A stretch of DNA of 42,137 nucleotides from Oligoflexia bacterium (GTDB taxonomy: Bacteria > Bdellovibrionota > UBA1018 > CAIMNF01). The notes beneath the pieces were generated by a model. It was not told the origin of the DNA. It saw only the letters and a list, made by a program, of their open reading frames with translations, and searched no databases. Shown one piece after another: positions 1-9,036 of the stretch. The DNA lies in assembly GCA_903858975.1 (NCBI GenBank), contig CAIOKW010000037.1, positions 1 through 42,137 of the forward strand, given 5' to 3'. The position numbers and the translations under genes were made by a program. Each line of letters starts with the position of its first letter. Position 1 is the stretch's first letter.

Positions 1-137
1 CTCTGGGGATCATCAACCCGAGATGGTCTAAACCCATTTACGGTTTGGGCCTTTTGATCGCACTTTTACTCGCATTTGGTTTTTTGTTCATCCCGATTTA
101 CATCTATGCCACCCAAGGCGGCGGAGGTAACCCATGA
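1..137 (+). CDS. 3' end (partial, runs off the window start) of a hydrophobic membrane protein, most likely the cytochrome b membrane anchor of succinate dehydrogenase
   Basis: Frame 3 is open from the window edge to TGA at 135-137 (...[30 protein letters not shown]), which reads as a terminal TM helix. The stop overlaps the sdhA ATG (ATGA). The position directly upstream of sdhA-sdhB fits a three-gene sdhCAB operon. Confidence 0.55.
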   Translation, partial: LGIINPRWSKPIYGLGLLIALLLAFGFLFIPIYIYATQGGGGNP

Positions 138-2089
138 GTATCGATAGAATCCCGTTTTCAGGAAAATTAGATTCAGGCGTGCCAGAAGGACCACTCGAAA
201 AAAAGTGGGACCAGTATAAAGCGAACATGAAGCTCGTAAACCCTGCCAATAAACGTAAGTACACGGTGATCGTGGTGGGAACCGGGCTTGCGGGTGGAGC
301 AGCAGCCGCTTCACTGGCCGAGCTGGGTTACAACGTGAAATCGTTTTGCACCCACGATTCGGCACGAAGGGCGCACTCGATTGCGGCTCAGGGCGGAATC
401 AATGCGGCCAAAAGTTACCCGAACGATGGCGACAGTGTATGGCGTCTCTTCTACGACACCATCAAAGGCGGAGATTACCGCGCTCGTGAAGCCAACGTTT
501 ACCGGCTGGCTCAAAACTCGACCAACATCATCGACCAGTGTGTGGCTCAAGGGGTTCCTTTTGCTCGCGAATACAGCGGTGAACTTGCAAACCGTTCTTT
601 CGGTGGAGCCCAAGTGTCTCGAACCTTCTATGCGCGCGGCCAGACCGGGCAGCAATTGCTGTTGGGTGCATACAGCGCGCTGATGAAAGAAGTCGACAAA
701 GGCAAAGTCACGCTGTTCCCGTACCGGGAGATGCTGGATGTGGTCATGGTCGATGGCAAGGCCCGCGGGATCATCACCCGAAATCTCACCACCGGTGAGA
801 TCGAACGTCATGCCGCTGATGCAGTGGTGTTGGCGACGGGAGGCTATGGCCGGGTTTATTTCTTATCGACCAACGCCATGAACTCGAACGTCACCGCGAT
901 CTGGAGAGCACACCGAAGGGGCGCCCTTTTCGGCAATCCTTGTTACGTGCAAATTCACCCGACTTGCATTCCGGTATCCGGAAACCACCAAGCGAAGCTC
1001 ACCCTCATGTCAGAAAGCTTGCGAAACGACGGTCGGGTTTGGGTGCCGAAGAAAAAAGAAGACTGCAAAAAAGATCCAAGTCAGATCCCAGATGAAGATC
1101 GCGATTACTACTTGGAGCGCAAATATCCAAGTTTCGGAAACTTAGCCCCACGAGATATTTCTTCTCGTGCTGCAAAAGAAGTATGTGATGAAGGTCGTGG
1201 TGTTGGGTCTACTGGACTTGCGGTTTACCTCGACTTCCGAGATGCAATCAAGCGCGATGGAGAACCTGCGGTCCGTGAAAGATATGGCAACTTGTTTGAC
1301 ATGTATCACGAGATCACAAACGAAAACCCGTATAAAACCCCAATGAGAATTTACCCAGCCGTTCACTATACGATGGGTGGACTTTGGGTCGATTACTCTC
1401 TTCAAACCACCCTTCCGGGATTGTTTGCGGCGGGTGAAGCGAACTTCTCTGATCACGGAGCGAATCGCCTCGGAGCATCAGCCCTCATGCAAGGATTGTC
1501 GGATGGATACTTTGTTCTTCCTTACACGGTAACGAATTACTTGGGAACACATGCCACTGAGCTTTTAAAGAAAGTGGACACGAACCATCCTGCCTTCGTA
1601 TCGGCTGAAAAAGAAGTTCACGATGGAATTCAAAAACTTCTTGAGGTCGGGAAAAAAGGGAAGCGAACTCCGATTGAGATCTACCGCGAACTTGGGCAAG
1701 TGGTGTGGGATAAAATCGGAATGGCGAGAACTGAGCAGGGCTTAAAAGAGGCTCTCGAGCACATACAGAAGCTTCAAAATGATTTTGATCACGATCTCCA
1801 GCTCACAGGGGATGATCAAATGAATAAGAATCTCGAGACCGCGGGTCGCTTGGGCGACTTCTTGGGGCTCGCAGCCCTCATGGCTCGCGATGCGCTTGAA
1901 AGAAAAGAATCTTGTGGCGGACACTTCCGGGTCGAAAGCCAAACTCCAGATGGAGAGGCTGAGCGAGATGATGAGCACTACGCACATGTTGCTGCTTGGG
2001 AGTATAAGGGCAAGGGTGGAGTTCCCGTCATGCATAAAGAGAAATTGATCTATGAGAATGTGAAACTCTCAGTGAGGAGCTATAAGTAA
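134..2089 (+). CDS. sdhA: Succinate dehydrogenase / fumarate reductase flavoprotein subunit
   Basis: 651-aa ORF with ATG 134 preceded by GGAGG (122-126). Motifs: FAD fold [45 protein letters not shown] and C-terminal CGGHFR. Confidence 0.95.
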   Translation: MSIDRIPFSGKLDSGVPEGPLEKKWDQYKANMKLVNPANKRKYTVIVVGTGLAGGAAAASLAELGYNVKSFCTHDSARRAHSIAAQGGINAAKSYPNDGDSVWRLFYDTIKGGDYRAREANVYRLAQNSTNIIDQCVAQGVPFAREYSGELANRSFGGAQVSRTFYARGQTGQQLLLGAYSALMKEVDKGKVTLFPYREMLDVVMVDGKARGIITRNLTTGEIERHAADAVVLATGGYGRVYFLSTNAMNSNVTAIWRAHRRGALFGNPCYVQIHPTCIPVSGNHQAKLTLMSESLRNDGRVWVPKKKEDCKKDPSQIPDEDRDYYLERKYPSFGNLAPRDISSRAAKEVCDEGRGVGSTGLAVYLDFRDAIKRDGEPAVRERYGNLFDMYHEITNENPYKTPMRIYPAVHYTMGGLWVDYSLQTTLPGLFAAGEANFSDHGANRLGASALMQGLSDGYFVLPYTVTNYLGTHATELLKKVDTNHPAFVSAEKEVHDGIQKLLEVGKKGKRTPIEIYRELGQVVWDKIGMARTEQGLKEALEHIQKLQNDFDHDLQLTGDDQMNKNLETAGRLGDFLGLAALMARDALERKESCGGHFRVESQTPDGEAERDDEHYAHVAAWEYKGKGGVPVMHKEKLIYENVKLSVRSYK

Positions 2090-2895
2090 TGAGCACTTCT
2101 AATATGAAAACCATGAATGTTCGCTTAAAAGTATGGCGTCAAGAAGGTCCGGCGTCGCCGGGAGCTTTTGAAGAATACAGCCTAAGCAATGTGCTCGTTG
2201 ATATGTCTTTTCTTGAGATGCTCGATGTCCTAAATGAAAAACTCATTAAAGAAGGCAAGCGTCCGCTCGAGTTTGAAAGTGATTGTCGCGAAGGAATTTG
2301 CGGAACCTGTTCTTTGATGGTTCAAGGGCAGGCACATGGACCGGTTCGCGGAGCGACCACCTGTCAGCTCTATATGCGATCATTTCAAGACAATGAACTG
2401 ATCACGATTGAACCGTGGCGTGCAAAAGCATTTCCCGTACTTCGTGATTTAGTGACTGATCGCCGCGCATTTGATCGAATTCAAATGTCCGGAGGTTACA
2501 CGAATGCGAAGACCGGACCTCACATTGATGCAAACGCAATCTTGGTACCGAAAGACATTGCAGACCGTGCAATGGATGCAGCGGCATGTATTGGTTGTGG
2601 TGCCTGTGTTGCGGCTTGCCCGAACGCATCGGCTTCACTCTTCACTTCGGCTAAGATCACTCAGCTTGCCCTACTTCCTCAGGGGCAGGTAGATCGCAAG
2701 CGTCGTGTGATTCGAATGGTAGATCAAATGGATAAAGAAGGCTTCGGAAGTTGCTCCAATCTTCAAGAGTGTGAAGCAGCTTGTCCGAAGAAGATCTCCA
2801 TCCAGAATATTGCGATCATGAAGCAAGAGTACCTGAAGGCAGCGATTTCAGCTGACTTCCGCGCAGGCATGGGAAGTGCTGACGGCGGAGCTTGA
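2089..2895 (+). CDS. sdhB: Succinate dehydrogenase iron-sulfur subunit
   Basis: 268 aa; the ATG overlaps the sdhA stop (TAATG). Three Cys clusters are present: CREGICGTC (2Fe-2S), CIGCGACVAACP (4Fe-4S) and CSNLQECEAACP (3Fe-4S). Confidence 0.95.
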   Translation: MSTSNMKTMNVRLKVWRQEGPASPGAFEEYSLSNVLVDMSFLEMLDVLNEKLIKEGKRPLEFESDCREGICGTCSLMVQGQAHGPVRGATTCQLYMRSFQDNELITIEPWRAKAFPVLRDLVTDRRAFDRIQMSGGYTNAKTGPHIDANAILVPKDIADRAMDAAACIGCGACVAACPNASASLFTSAKITQLALLPQGQVDRKRRVIRMVDQMDKEGFGSCSNLQECEAACPKKISIQNIAIMKQEYLKAAISADFRAGMGSADGGA

Positions 2896-2921
2896 TCTTC
2901 GTTTAAACGGAATTCAAAAGG

Positions 2922-2952
2922 CCCATCTTGCCTCAGGCAAGGTGGGTTTTTT
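2922..2952 (+). terminator. Rho-independent terminator after sdhB (possibly bidirectional, between convergent genes)
   Basis: Hairpin CCCATCTTGCC-tcag-GGCAAGGTGGG (one G-U pair) followed by TTTTTT. It lies between the sdhB stop (2895) and the stop of the minus-strand PPTase gene (2951). Confidence 0.75.
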
Positions 2953-3484
2953 ATTTGGATCGGTAAGTGGCGAGGGTCGCAATAAAATCCGAATCGGGTG
3001 ATTCGAGGCTTTCAAAATTCACATTGCTCAGACTTGCGATCTCAAGGTGAATGGAGTCTTTGAGGCCTAAGCGAGTGAGCTTTCCATAAGCTTCTTTTTG
3101 GGTCCAGAGTTCTAAAAAGTGGCGAGTCTGAAGTTCAGAGTTTTCTGCGAAAGACTTCAGTGCCTTGATTTCATTTTCATGAAAAAAACGTTCCGCAATT
3201 TTCATCGGATCTTGCTGGGTTTTGCGAGCCTTAGGTTCAATGTCCACTCCGAGCTCTGTGGTTTCTGAATAGACCAAAAGGACTCGGGATTCGGAGTGGG
3301 AATAGCTTAAGTGAAGTGGGCTCTTTCCTAACCAATGAGGCCCATCCCCCCTAACTTCGAGTTTGCCAAGGGGATCACTCATTACGCTTTGGACGTGAGA
3401 TTCAAGATTCCTTCTAGTCTCCATGCGGTCTCCCGCATGAGAAAACCACGCTCCAAAGTAATGGGGGGATTTGAAGGCCTGCAT
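2951..3484 (-). CDS. 4'-phosphopantetheinyl transferase superfamily protein
   Basis: 177 aa with the GVDIEP and WTQKEAYGKL (W/F-x-x-K-E-A/S-x-x-K) motifs. It is short for an Sfp-type enzyme, so the N-terminus is uncertain. Confidence 0.75.
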   Translation of the reverse strand: MQAFKSPHYFGAWFSHAGDRMETRRNLESHVQSVMSDPLGKLEVRGDGPHWLGKSPLHLSYSHSESRVLLVYSETTELGVDIEPKARKTQQDPMKIAERFFHENEIKALKSFAENSELQTRHFLELWTQKEAYGKLTRLGLKDSIHLEIASLSNVNFESLESPDSDFIATLATYRSK

Positions 3485-3487
3485 GAA

Positions 3488-3925
3488 TCAGCGATTATTT
3501 TTGGATGAAGGGCTGAGTATGCAGGTAAAGCGCGCATGGTTTTTTTCGCCAGAGGGCTCCATCTGCTCATAAGCCCAAGTTCCGTTTGAAGCGTTCACGA
3601 CGGTTAGGCTAAAATTGGAAATGACCCCCCTGCGATCACCGGTATGTCCGAAGACTCCGTTGTCTCGTGCCTGAACATCAAAGAAGACATTTCCAGAAAT
3701 GAATCGAAGCTTATTCTCCGAGGTAAAAGCGTAGTTATCTAGTTCTCCTTCGATCTCCCCTTCGGCGTCGCGCTTAAAGGAGATTTCAGAAACAAATTGT
3801 GTCGCGCGAAGTCTGCAATGAAGTTTGAGTGGATCAACCGGTGCAATTGAAGGTGCGCTCACGGCTCGGTCTGAGCAGAGGGTGGTAATCAGGGCGATGA
3901 AAGTCAAAGCTGCTAGGTTACGCAT
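3488..3925 (-). CDS. Secreted hypothetical protein
   Basis: 145 aa with signal peptide MRNLAALTFIALITTLCSDRAVSA and no recognisable domain. Its stop is 3 nt from the PPTase start, so the two are probably co-transcribed. Confidence 0.55.
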   Translation of the reverse strand: MRNLAALTFIALITTLCSDRAVSAPSIAPVDPLKLHCRLRATQFVSEISFKRDAEGEIEGELDNYAFTSENKLRFISGNVFFDVQARDNGVFGHTGDRRGVISNFSLTVVNASNGTWAYEQMEPSGEKNHARFTCILSPSSKNNR

Positions 3926-3947
3926 AGATTGACGCTTATAGCTAAAG

Positions 3948-5186
3948 TCAGCGGACTTGGCCAGGGTTTTCTTCTAAGAAATCCAGATTTCGGCCAAAGG
4001 TGTCAGGAAGCTTTGAAATCGCAAATAATCCCAGAGAGAAGGAGGTCGCTCCAAGGAGTGCGCTCGAAGGAAGAATGCCGTGAGATTTGCTAAGGTATTG
4101 AAATGAAATGGATAAAGGAATAACGGAGGCTCGAATGAGGTTGGTGAGGGTGCTCGTCAGGGTCACCCGTAAATTCGTACCAAAAGTCTCTGCGATCCAC
4201 GCAATGAGGGTGGCGAAGTAGCCATTTCCAAAACCAATCAGGAACCTCACCCCATAAAAGCCCATAGCACTGGTGCCGACCGAGAAGAGAGGATGAAAAA
4301 GGGCGATGCTCCCTCCCATGAGGATGAAAATCAGAACGGCTTTCTTTCGACTCTTCAGTTTTTGGCTGAGCACTCCACATGCAATGTCCCCCAAGATCGC
4401 GCCCAAGTAACCCATCATGATCGTGGTGCCTGCGGTTACCTCCCCCTGAACTCCGAGTGCTCGGGAAAATTCGGGAGCAAAGTAGGATAAAATCCCAGCG
4501 ACATACCAAATGGGAACTCCGGCCAAGAAGGCAAGTCCCATCAACTTCAGGCGCTTGCTGGAATTAAATACCATCGAGAGAGATCCCCACATCACCGGTT
4601 CCTTCTCTTTTCTTCGACTCAAAAACAAAGGCGATTCCTGAACGCTCATTCGAGCGAAGAGTAGGATAAACCCTAAAGCTCCCCCTAAGCGGTAAGCGTT
4701 TTGCCAAGTGAGCGCCTGTGAAATGAAGCTTGAGGATGCGGCACCGAGAAAGCCGATGGATGCGACAAATGCTGAGCCCAGCCCTCGAGTCTCTTGAGGT
4801 AAAGCTTCACTGACGAGCGTGATTGCGGCACCCAGTTCTCCCGCAAGTCCAAAGCCCGCCAGAAAGCGTAGGGTGGCGTAGCCGGTAAAATCATGAATAT
4901 AAGCATTAAAAAAAGTGGCAAAGGAATAGAGGAAAATCGATCCAAAAAGAGCTTCCTTTCGTCCCTTTCGATCGCCCATGACTCCAAAGAAGAGTCCTCC
5001 ACAAAGCATTCCGGCCATCTGAATGTTGAGAAGGGTTGCGCCTACTGAAAATAAGTCATTTCCTTGATACCCTAAGCTCTTCAGGCTCTCCACTCGGACG
5101 GTGCCATAGAGTACTAAATCGTATAGATCGACGAAGTAACCGAAGGCCGCAATCCAGAGTAGTTTTTGTTTTAAAATCGAGCGCAT
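3948..5186 (-). CDS. MFS transporter
   Basis: The profile is hydrophobic throughout, with the MFS loop motif GDRKGRK. The ORF-track start at 5315 is a GTG antisense to the tricorn gene. The first TM helix (LLWIAAFGYFVDLYDLVLYG) follows Met44, which is the ATG at 5186-5184, so that start is used here. Confidence 0.8.
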   Translation of the reverse strand: MRSILKQKLLWIAAFGYFVDLYDLVLYGTVRVESLKSLGYQGNDLFSVGATLLNIQMAGMLCGGLFFGVMGDRKGRKEALFGSIFLYSFATFFNAYIHDFTGYATLRFLAGFGLAGELGAAITLVSEALPQETRGLGSAFVASIGFLGAASSSFISQALTWQNAYRLGGALGFILLFARMSVQESPLFLSRRKEKEPVMWGSLSMVFNSSKRLKLMGLAFLAGVPIWYVAGILSYFAPEFSRALGVQGEVTAGTTIMMGYLGAILGDIACGVLSQKLKSRKKAVLIFILMGGSIALFHPLFSVGTSAMGFYGVRFLIGFGNGYFATLIAWIAETFGTNLRVTLTSTLTNLIRASVIPLSISFQYLSKSHGILPSSALLGATSFSLGLFAISKLPDTFGRNLDFLEENPGQVR

Positions 5187-8100
5187 GTCTCCTAAACTTA
5201 GCCCTATGGGATACTTATCGCAACCGACATTGAGTTCAACGCACCTGTATTTTGTTTCTGAAGAAGATCTATGGAGTGTGACGCTCGATCGTCTGAGTCC
5301 GGCAGTTCGCCTCACTTCAGGGCAGGGGCCGATTGCCAGTCCTCGCGTATCACCGGATGGAAATTGGATCGCGCTTGCGAGTGAGGAAGAGGGGCATTGT
5401 GAAATCTACTTGATGCCCTCCCAGGGTGGGGAGTTGAGACGTATTACTTTCATGGGAGGATGGTCTTATCCGATCGGATGGCTCGATGATGAAACCATTC
5501 TCTTTAAGTCAAACGCACACCATCCACATCGGATGCAGGAGTTTTTTCAAATTAAAATATCACTCGGCGCAGAGATGCCGCTCAACTTAGGTGAGGGGAC
5601 AAATTTATCCGTCTCAAAAACCGGTGAAGTCATCATTGAACGCAACATGCATCGCCCGGATCCGTCGTACTGGAAGCGCTATCGGGGCGGAACGATGGGC
5701 CAGTTTTGGGTGGCTCATAATTTTAATTCCGAATTTAAAAAATTAAACGAACTTCAGGGAAACCTTTCTTGTCCTCAGTGGAGTCAGGGAAGGATTTTTT
5801 ATCTCAGTGATGAAACGGGGCTAGGACGAATTTATTCTTGTGATCCGGACGGTAAAAACAAAAAAGCTCATGCAAGCCAATTCCAGTCAGAGTTCTATTT
5901 CAGAAATCTTACGTCAAACGGTACCCTTTTCGCCTTTCAATCGGCAGGGGATCTCTATTTCTTTGACCCCAGTGCGGATGAAATCAAAAAACTCGATCTT
6001 GAGCTTTCCACGGATCGTGCAAAGGGGCGCCGGAAAACAATTCAGGTCGCTGAGGGTTTTCAAAATTATTCACTTCAGCCACAAGGAGAAAAACTCCTGA
6101 TCGAGGCTCGAGGCAAAGTGTTGCAGTTCGCTCATTGGGGTGGGCCCATTTCTCAGATTGGACGAGAGTTTTCAGTTCGCTATAAGCATCCTGACTGGCT
6201 CGCTGACGGAAAGCGAGTGGTCGTCGTTCGTGATGCGGGATTGGTAGAAGAGCTTCAAGTGTTTACGGATCGTGGAGAGCCTCTACTCACCATCTCCGGT
6301 TCAGAATTAAAAGACGGTTTCGGTCGAGTGATTCAATTGAAAGCTTCACCGCGACGAGATGAAGTGGTTTTGTCGAATCATCGAAATGAACTCATTCACG
6401 TAAACCTTGAAACCAGTGAGGCGCGAGTCCTCTTTCAGAATCCCTACCATTTAATGCAGGACTTTGATTGGTCACCCGATGGGCGCTACGTGGCTTTTAG
6501 TCAGAGTTTGCAGCCGAATCAAGCTCGAATTGCTATCGTTGACCTTTCCCACTTCCAGATTCATCCAGTGACCCAAGCGTTCTTAGAGGATTTTTATCCC
6601 TCGTTTGATCCAGAAGGGCGCTACCTTTATTTTCTTTCTCGTCGAGCATTCAATCCGATTTATGACGACGCGATCTTTGATATGACTTTTGCGAAAGCGC
6701 GCCTTCCGTTCTTGGTGATTTTAAAGGCAGGGGACCCCGTTCCCTTTGTCAAAGAATCCCGCCTTCCGGATTCGCTCTCACGAACCCCTTCCGTTTCTGT
6801 TCCTTACTCTGAGGTTCGATGTGAGATTGATTTCGACGGAATTGAAGAGCGAGTCATGCAGTTTCCAGTTCCTGAGGCTAAATACACTCGGATCATGGGC
6901 GTCGGTAAAAAAGTGCTTTGGTCGTATGAAGCCGTTCAGGGAACGCTTGATGTTTCGATGCCGAGCGCGAGTACTCCAGAAGGAAAAGAATACGTCGATT
7001 GTTTTGATTTCGAGACCAATCGATTTGAGTATTTTGGCACAGGGATCACCGATTTTAAGGTTCGTCCCAGCTGTGGCTTAAGAATGATCCGCCAGGGAAA
7101 TCAACTTCGCATTGTGAAGGCCAATGAAAAAGCCGATGATTCAACTGCGCGCGATCCGGTGGGGCAGAAATCCGGGGTCATTGATCTTTCTCGCGTACAG
7201 GTGATGGTGGAGCCTAAAGAAGAATGGATCCACATGTTCAAAGATGCTTGGCGCCAGCAAAAAGAATATTTTTGGAAGGCCGATCTCGGCGGCATGGATT
7301 GGAATGCGGTTTACAAACGCTACGAGCCGATTTTGCAAAAAGTGAGTTGCCGCCGTGAATTCTCAGATTTGATTTGGGAATTGATTGGAGAACTTGGAAC
7401 TTCTCATGCCTATGAGCGTGGCGGTGACTACCGAGGTGTTCCGGTTTATGCGATTGGACTCCTGGGGGCTGATTTTTCTTGGAACTATGAGAAGAATGGA
7501 TACGAAATCACTCGTTTGGTGGTGGGAGATCGCTGGAATATGGAGTCAAGCTCGCCCTTGATTGCCCCTGGGATTAACCTCAAGGTCGGAGATTTGTTGG
7601 TGGAAGTCGCTGGCATTCGGCTCTCAGCTGAAATGCATCCTCACTCAGCCACGATGAATTTAGCGGGAAAAGAAGCCTGGATTCGCTTTCAGCGAAAATC
7701 TCAAAAGAATGTAGAAGAATCTCTCATCCGTTTACTTCGGAATGAACAGCCGGCACGGTACCGCGATTGGGTGGAAGAAAAGCGCAAGCAAGTGAAGGCT
7801 CTTTCGGGTGGACGGCTGGGCTATATTCACATCCCCAATATGGTGGGGCAGGGGTTTGCAGAGTTTCATCGAAACTTTTTGCAAGAACTGGAGTCGGAAG
7901 GCTTGGTGGTCGATGTTCGCTACAATGGTGGTGGGCATGTGTCCCAGCTCATTTTGGATCGTCTCGCTCGCAAACCACTCGGCCGGGATGAGTCTCGTTG
8001 GCTGGGCGTGAAATCGATTCCCTATGAAACACCAAGAAAAGTCGTCATCGCAGTCACAAATGAATACGCTGGCTCAGATGGGGATATTTTTTCGCATACC

Positions 8101-8373
8101 TTTAAGGTTCGAAAAATCGGAAAGCTCGTCGGAACTCGTACTTGGGGTGGAGTGGTCGGGATATGGCCTAGAAACTCACATATTGATGGCGGATATACGA
8201 CTCAGCCCGAATTCGCAACCTGGTTCCCTGAAATTGAATATGCGCTTGAAAATTACGGAGCAGAGCCTGACTTGGTTGTGGAGCAACCCCCACACCTCTT
8301 AAGAGAGGGAAAAGATCCGCAGCTTGAGGCTGCCATTTTAGACGCGATGAAATCTTTGGACGCGGCACTATGA
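5185..8373 (+). CDS. Tricorn-type protease homolog (beta-propellers + PDZ-like segment + S41 peptidase core)
   Basis: 1062 aa. The N-terminus MGYLSQPTLSSTHLYFVSEEDLWSV and repeated SPDG(N/R)W/Y motifs are propeller-like. The C-terminal S41-like core carries DVRYNGGGH, NEYAGSDGDIF and TRTWGGVVG. An alternative start is ATG 5206. Confidence 0.8.
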   Translation: MSPKLSPMGYLSQPTLSSTHLYFVSEEDLWSVTLDRLSPAVRLTSGQGPIASPRVSPDGNWIALASEEEGHCEIYLMPSQGGELRRITFMGGWSYPIGWLDDETILFKSNAHHPHRMQEFFQIKISLGAEMPLNLGEGTNLSVSKTGEVIIERNMHRPDPSYWKRYRGGTMGQFWVAHNFNSEFKKLNELQGNLSCPQWSQGRIFYLSDETGLGRIYSCDPDGKNKKAHASQFQSEFYFRNLTSNGTLFAFQSAGDLYFFDPSADEIKKLDLELSTDRAKGRRKTIQVAEGFQNYSLQPQGEKLLIEARGKVLQFAHWGGPISQIGREFSVRYKHPDWLADGKRVVVVRDAGLVEELQVFTDRGEPLLTISGSELKDGFGRVIQLKASPRRDEVVLSNHRNELIHVNLETSEARVLFQNPYHLMQDFDWSPDGRYVAFSQSLQPNQARIAIVDLSHFQIHPVTQAFLEDFYPSFDPEGRYLYFLSRRAFNPIYDDAIFDMTFAKARLPFLVILKAGDPVPFVKESRLPDSLSRTPSVSVPYSEVRCEIDFDGIEERVMQFPVPEAKYTRIMGVGKKVLWSYEAVQGTLDVSMPSASTPEGKEYVDCFDFETNRFEYFGTGITDFKVRPSCGLRMIRQGNQLRIVKANEKADDSTARDPVGQKSGVIDLSRVQVMVEPKEEWIHMFKDAWRQQKEYFWKADLGGMDWNAVYKRYEPILQKVSCRREFSDLIWELIGELGTSHAYERGGDYRGVPVYAIGLLGADFSWNYEKNGYEITRLVVGDRWNMESSSPLIAPGINLKVGDLLVEVAGIRLSAEMHPHSATMNLAGKEAWIRFQRKSQKNVEESLIRLLRNEQPARYRDWVEEKRKQVKALSGGRLGYIHIPNMVGQGFAEFHRNFLQELESEGLVVDVRYNGGGHVSQLILDRLARKPLGRDESRWLGVKSIPYETPRKVVIAVTNEYAGSDGDIFSHTFKVRKIGKLVGTRTWGGVVGIWPRNSHIDGGYTTQPEFATWFPEIEYALENYGAEPDLVVEQPPHLLREGKDPQLEAAILDAMKSLDAAL

Positions 8374-9035
8374 GCATTCAGCTTGCCTTAGGTAAGTTTA
8401 ATCCTGACCATTTTTCACACTTCTCAAAGGCGTTCTCAGTGGTGGAGGTGGATCTAGCGGCTTATTTTAAATGGGAGCCTCGTGAGCAAAAGCGATTTCG
8501 AGATTGGATCTTAAAAAAGTCCATGGGAGTGATTCCTAGAGTTTCTCTTCGTACTCAGAAGTCTGACGAAGAATTCTCTGATTTGTTCGTAGCTGGAATG
8601 GAAGAATTTAAAGATCACCTTCAATTCTTTCTGATTACATCGGGGCGAAAAAGTTTTGATCTTGCGAGGGATCTCCGCATGCATCGAGCCCTTCTCCACG
8701 CACAAAAGCAGAGCTTGGCGCCTTTGTTTTTCGAGTGGGGTGAAGAGGATGATCTCAAAACGATGCTCCCGGTGAAGGATGTTTATCCGGGAGCGGGGAT
8801 GGTGCTCGATCTGGATGTTCACCGAAGCTCAATCAAGAAGTGTGAGGGTCCGATTCACTTTAAGTTGCACGGTTGGCACCCTGAGCGTTGGATGCGGCGC
8901 TATGGCGAGAGTCTCACGGCGAAACTTGTGAAAAGAATTCCCAAAACTGGATCGTTTGTGCTCATTCTGTCCCACTCTGGGCGTGTAGAAGAGGGGCATT
9001 CGTTTGCTAAAGCCATTTTGGATTTGAAGGGTTAG
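8370..9035 (+). CDS. Hypothetical protein, DUF72-like
   Basis: 221 aa; the ATG overlaps the tricorn stop (ATGA). FSVVEVD...Y and the C-terminal IHFKLHGWHPERW...FVLILSH...AKAIL resemble the DUF72 pattern. The match was judged by eye only. Confidence 0.45.
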   Translation: MSIQLALGKFNPDHFSHFSKAFSVVEVDLAAYFKWEPREQKRFRDWILKKSMGVIPRVSLRTQKSDEEFSDLFVAGMEEFKDHLQFFLITSGRKSFDLARDLRMHRALLHAQKQSLAPLFFEWGEEDDLKTMLPVKDVYPGAGMVLDLDVHRSSIKKCEGPIHFKLHGWHPERWMRRYGESLTAKLVKRIPKTGSFVLILSHSGRVEEGHSFAKAILDLKG

Positions 9036-9036
9036 G

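Noticed and set aside
311-811. Long antisense or alternative-frame ORFs inside well-supported genes. Examples are 311-811(-) and 381-683(+) in sdhA, 4090-4509(-) in the MFS gene, 19681-20043(-), 24214-24621(+), 33571-34026(-) and 28010-28357(+).
   Set aside because: Each lies wholly within a longer ORF that has strong family motifs or a signal peptide. Their translations are low-complexity and Arg/Ser/Pro-rich with no motifs or RBS, which is typical shadow-ORF behaviour.
5187-5315. A 43-codon N-terminal extension of the MFS transporter, from the track start at 5315.
   Set aside because: It starts at a GTG, is antisense to the tricorn coding sequence, is Arg/Ser-rich and precedes the first TM helix. 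The internal ATG at 5186 gives a normal MFS N-terminus.
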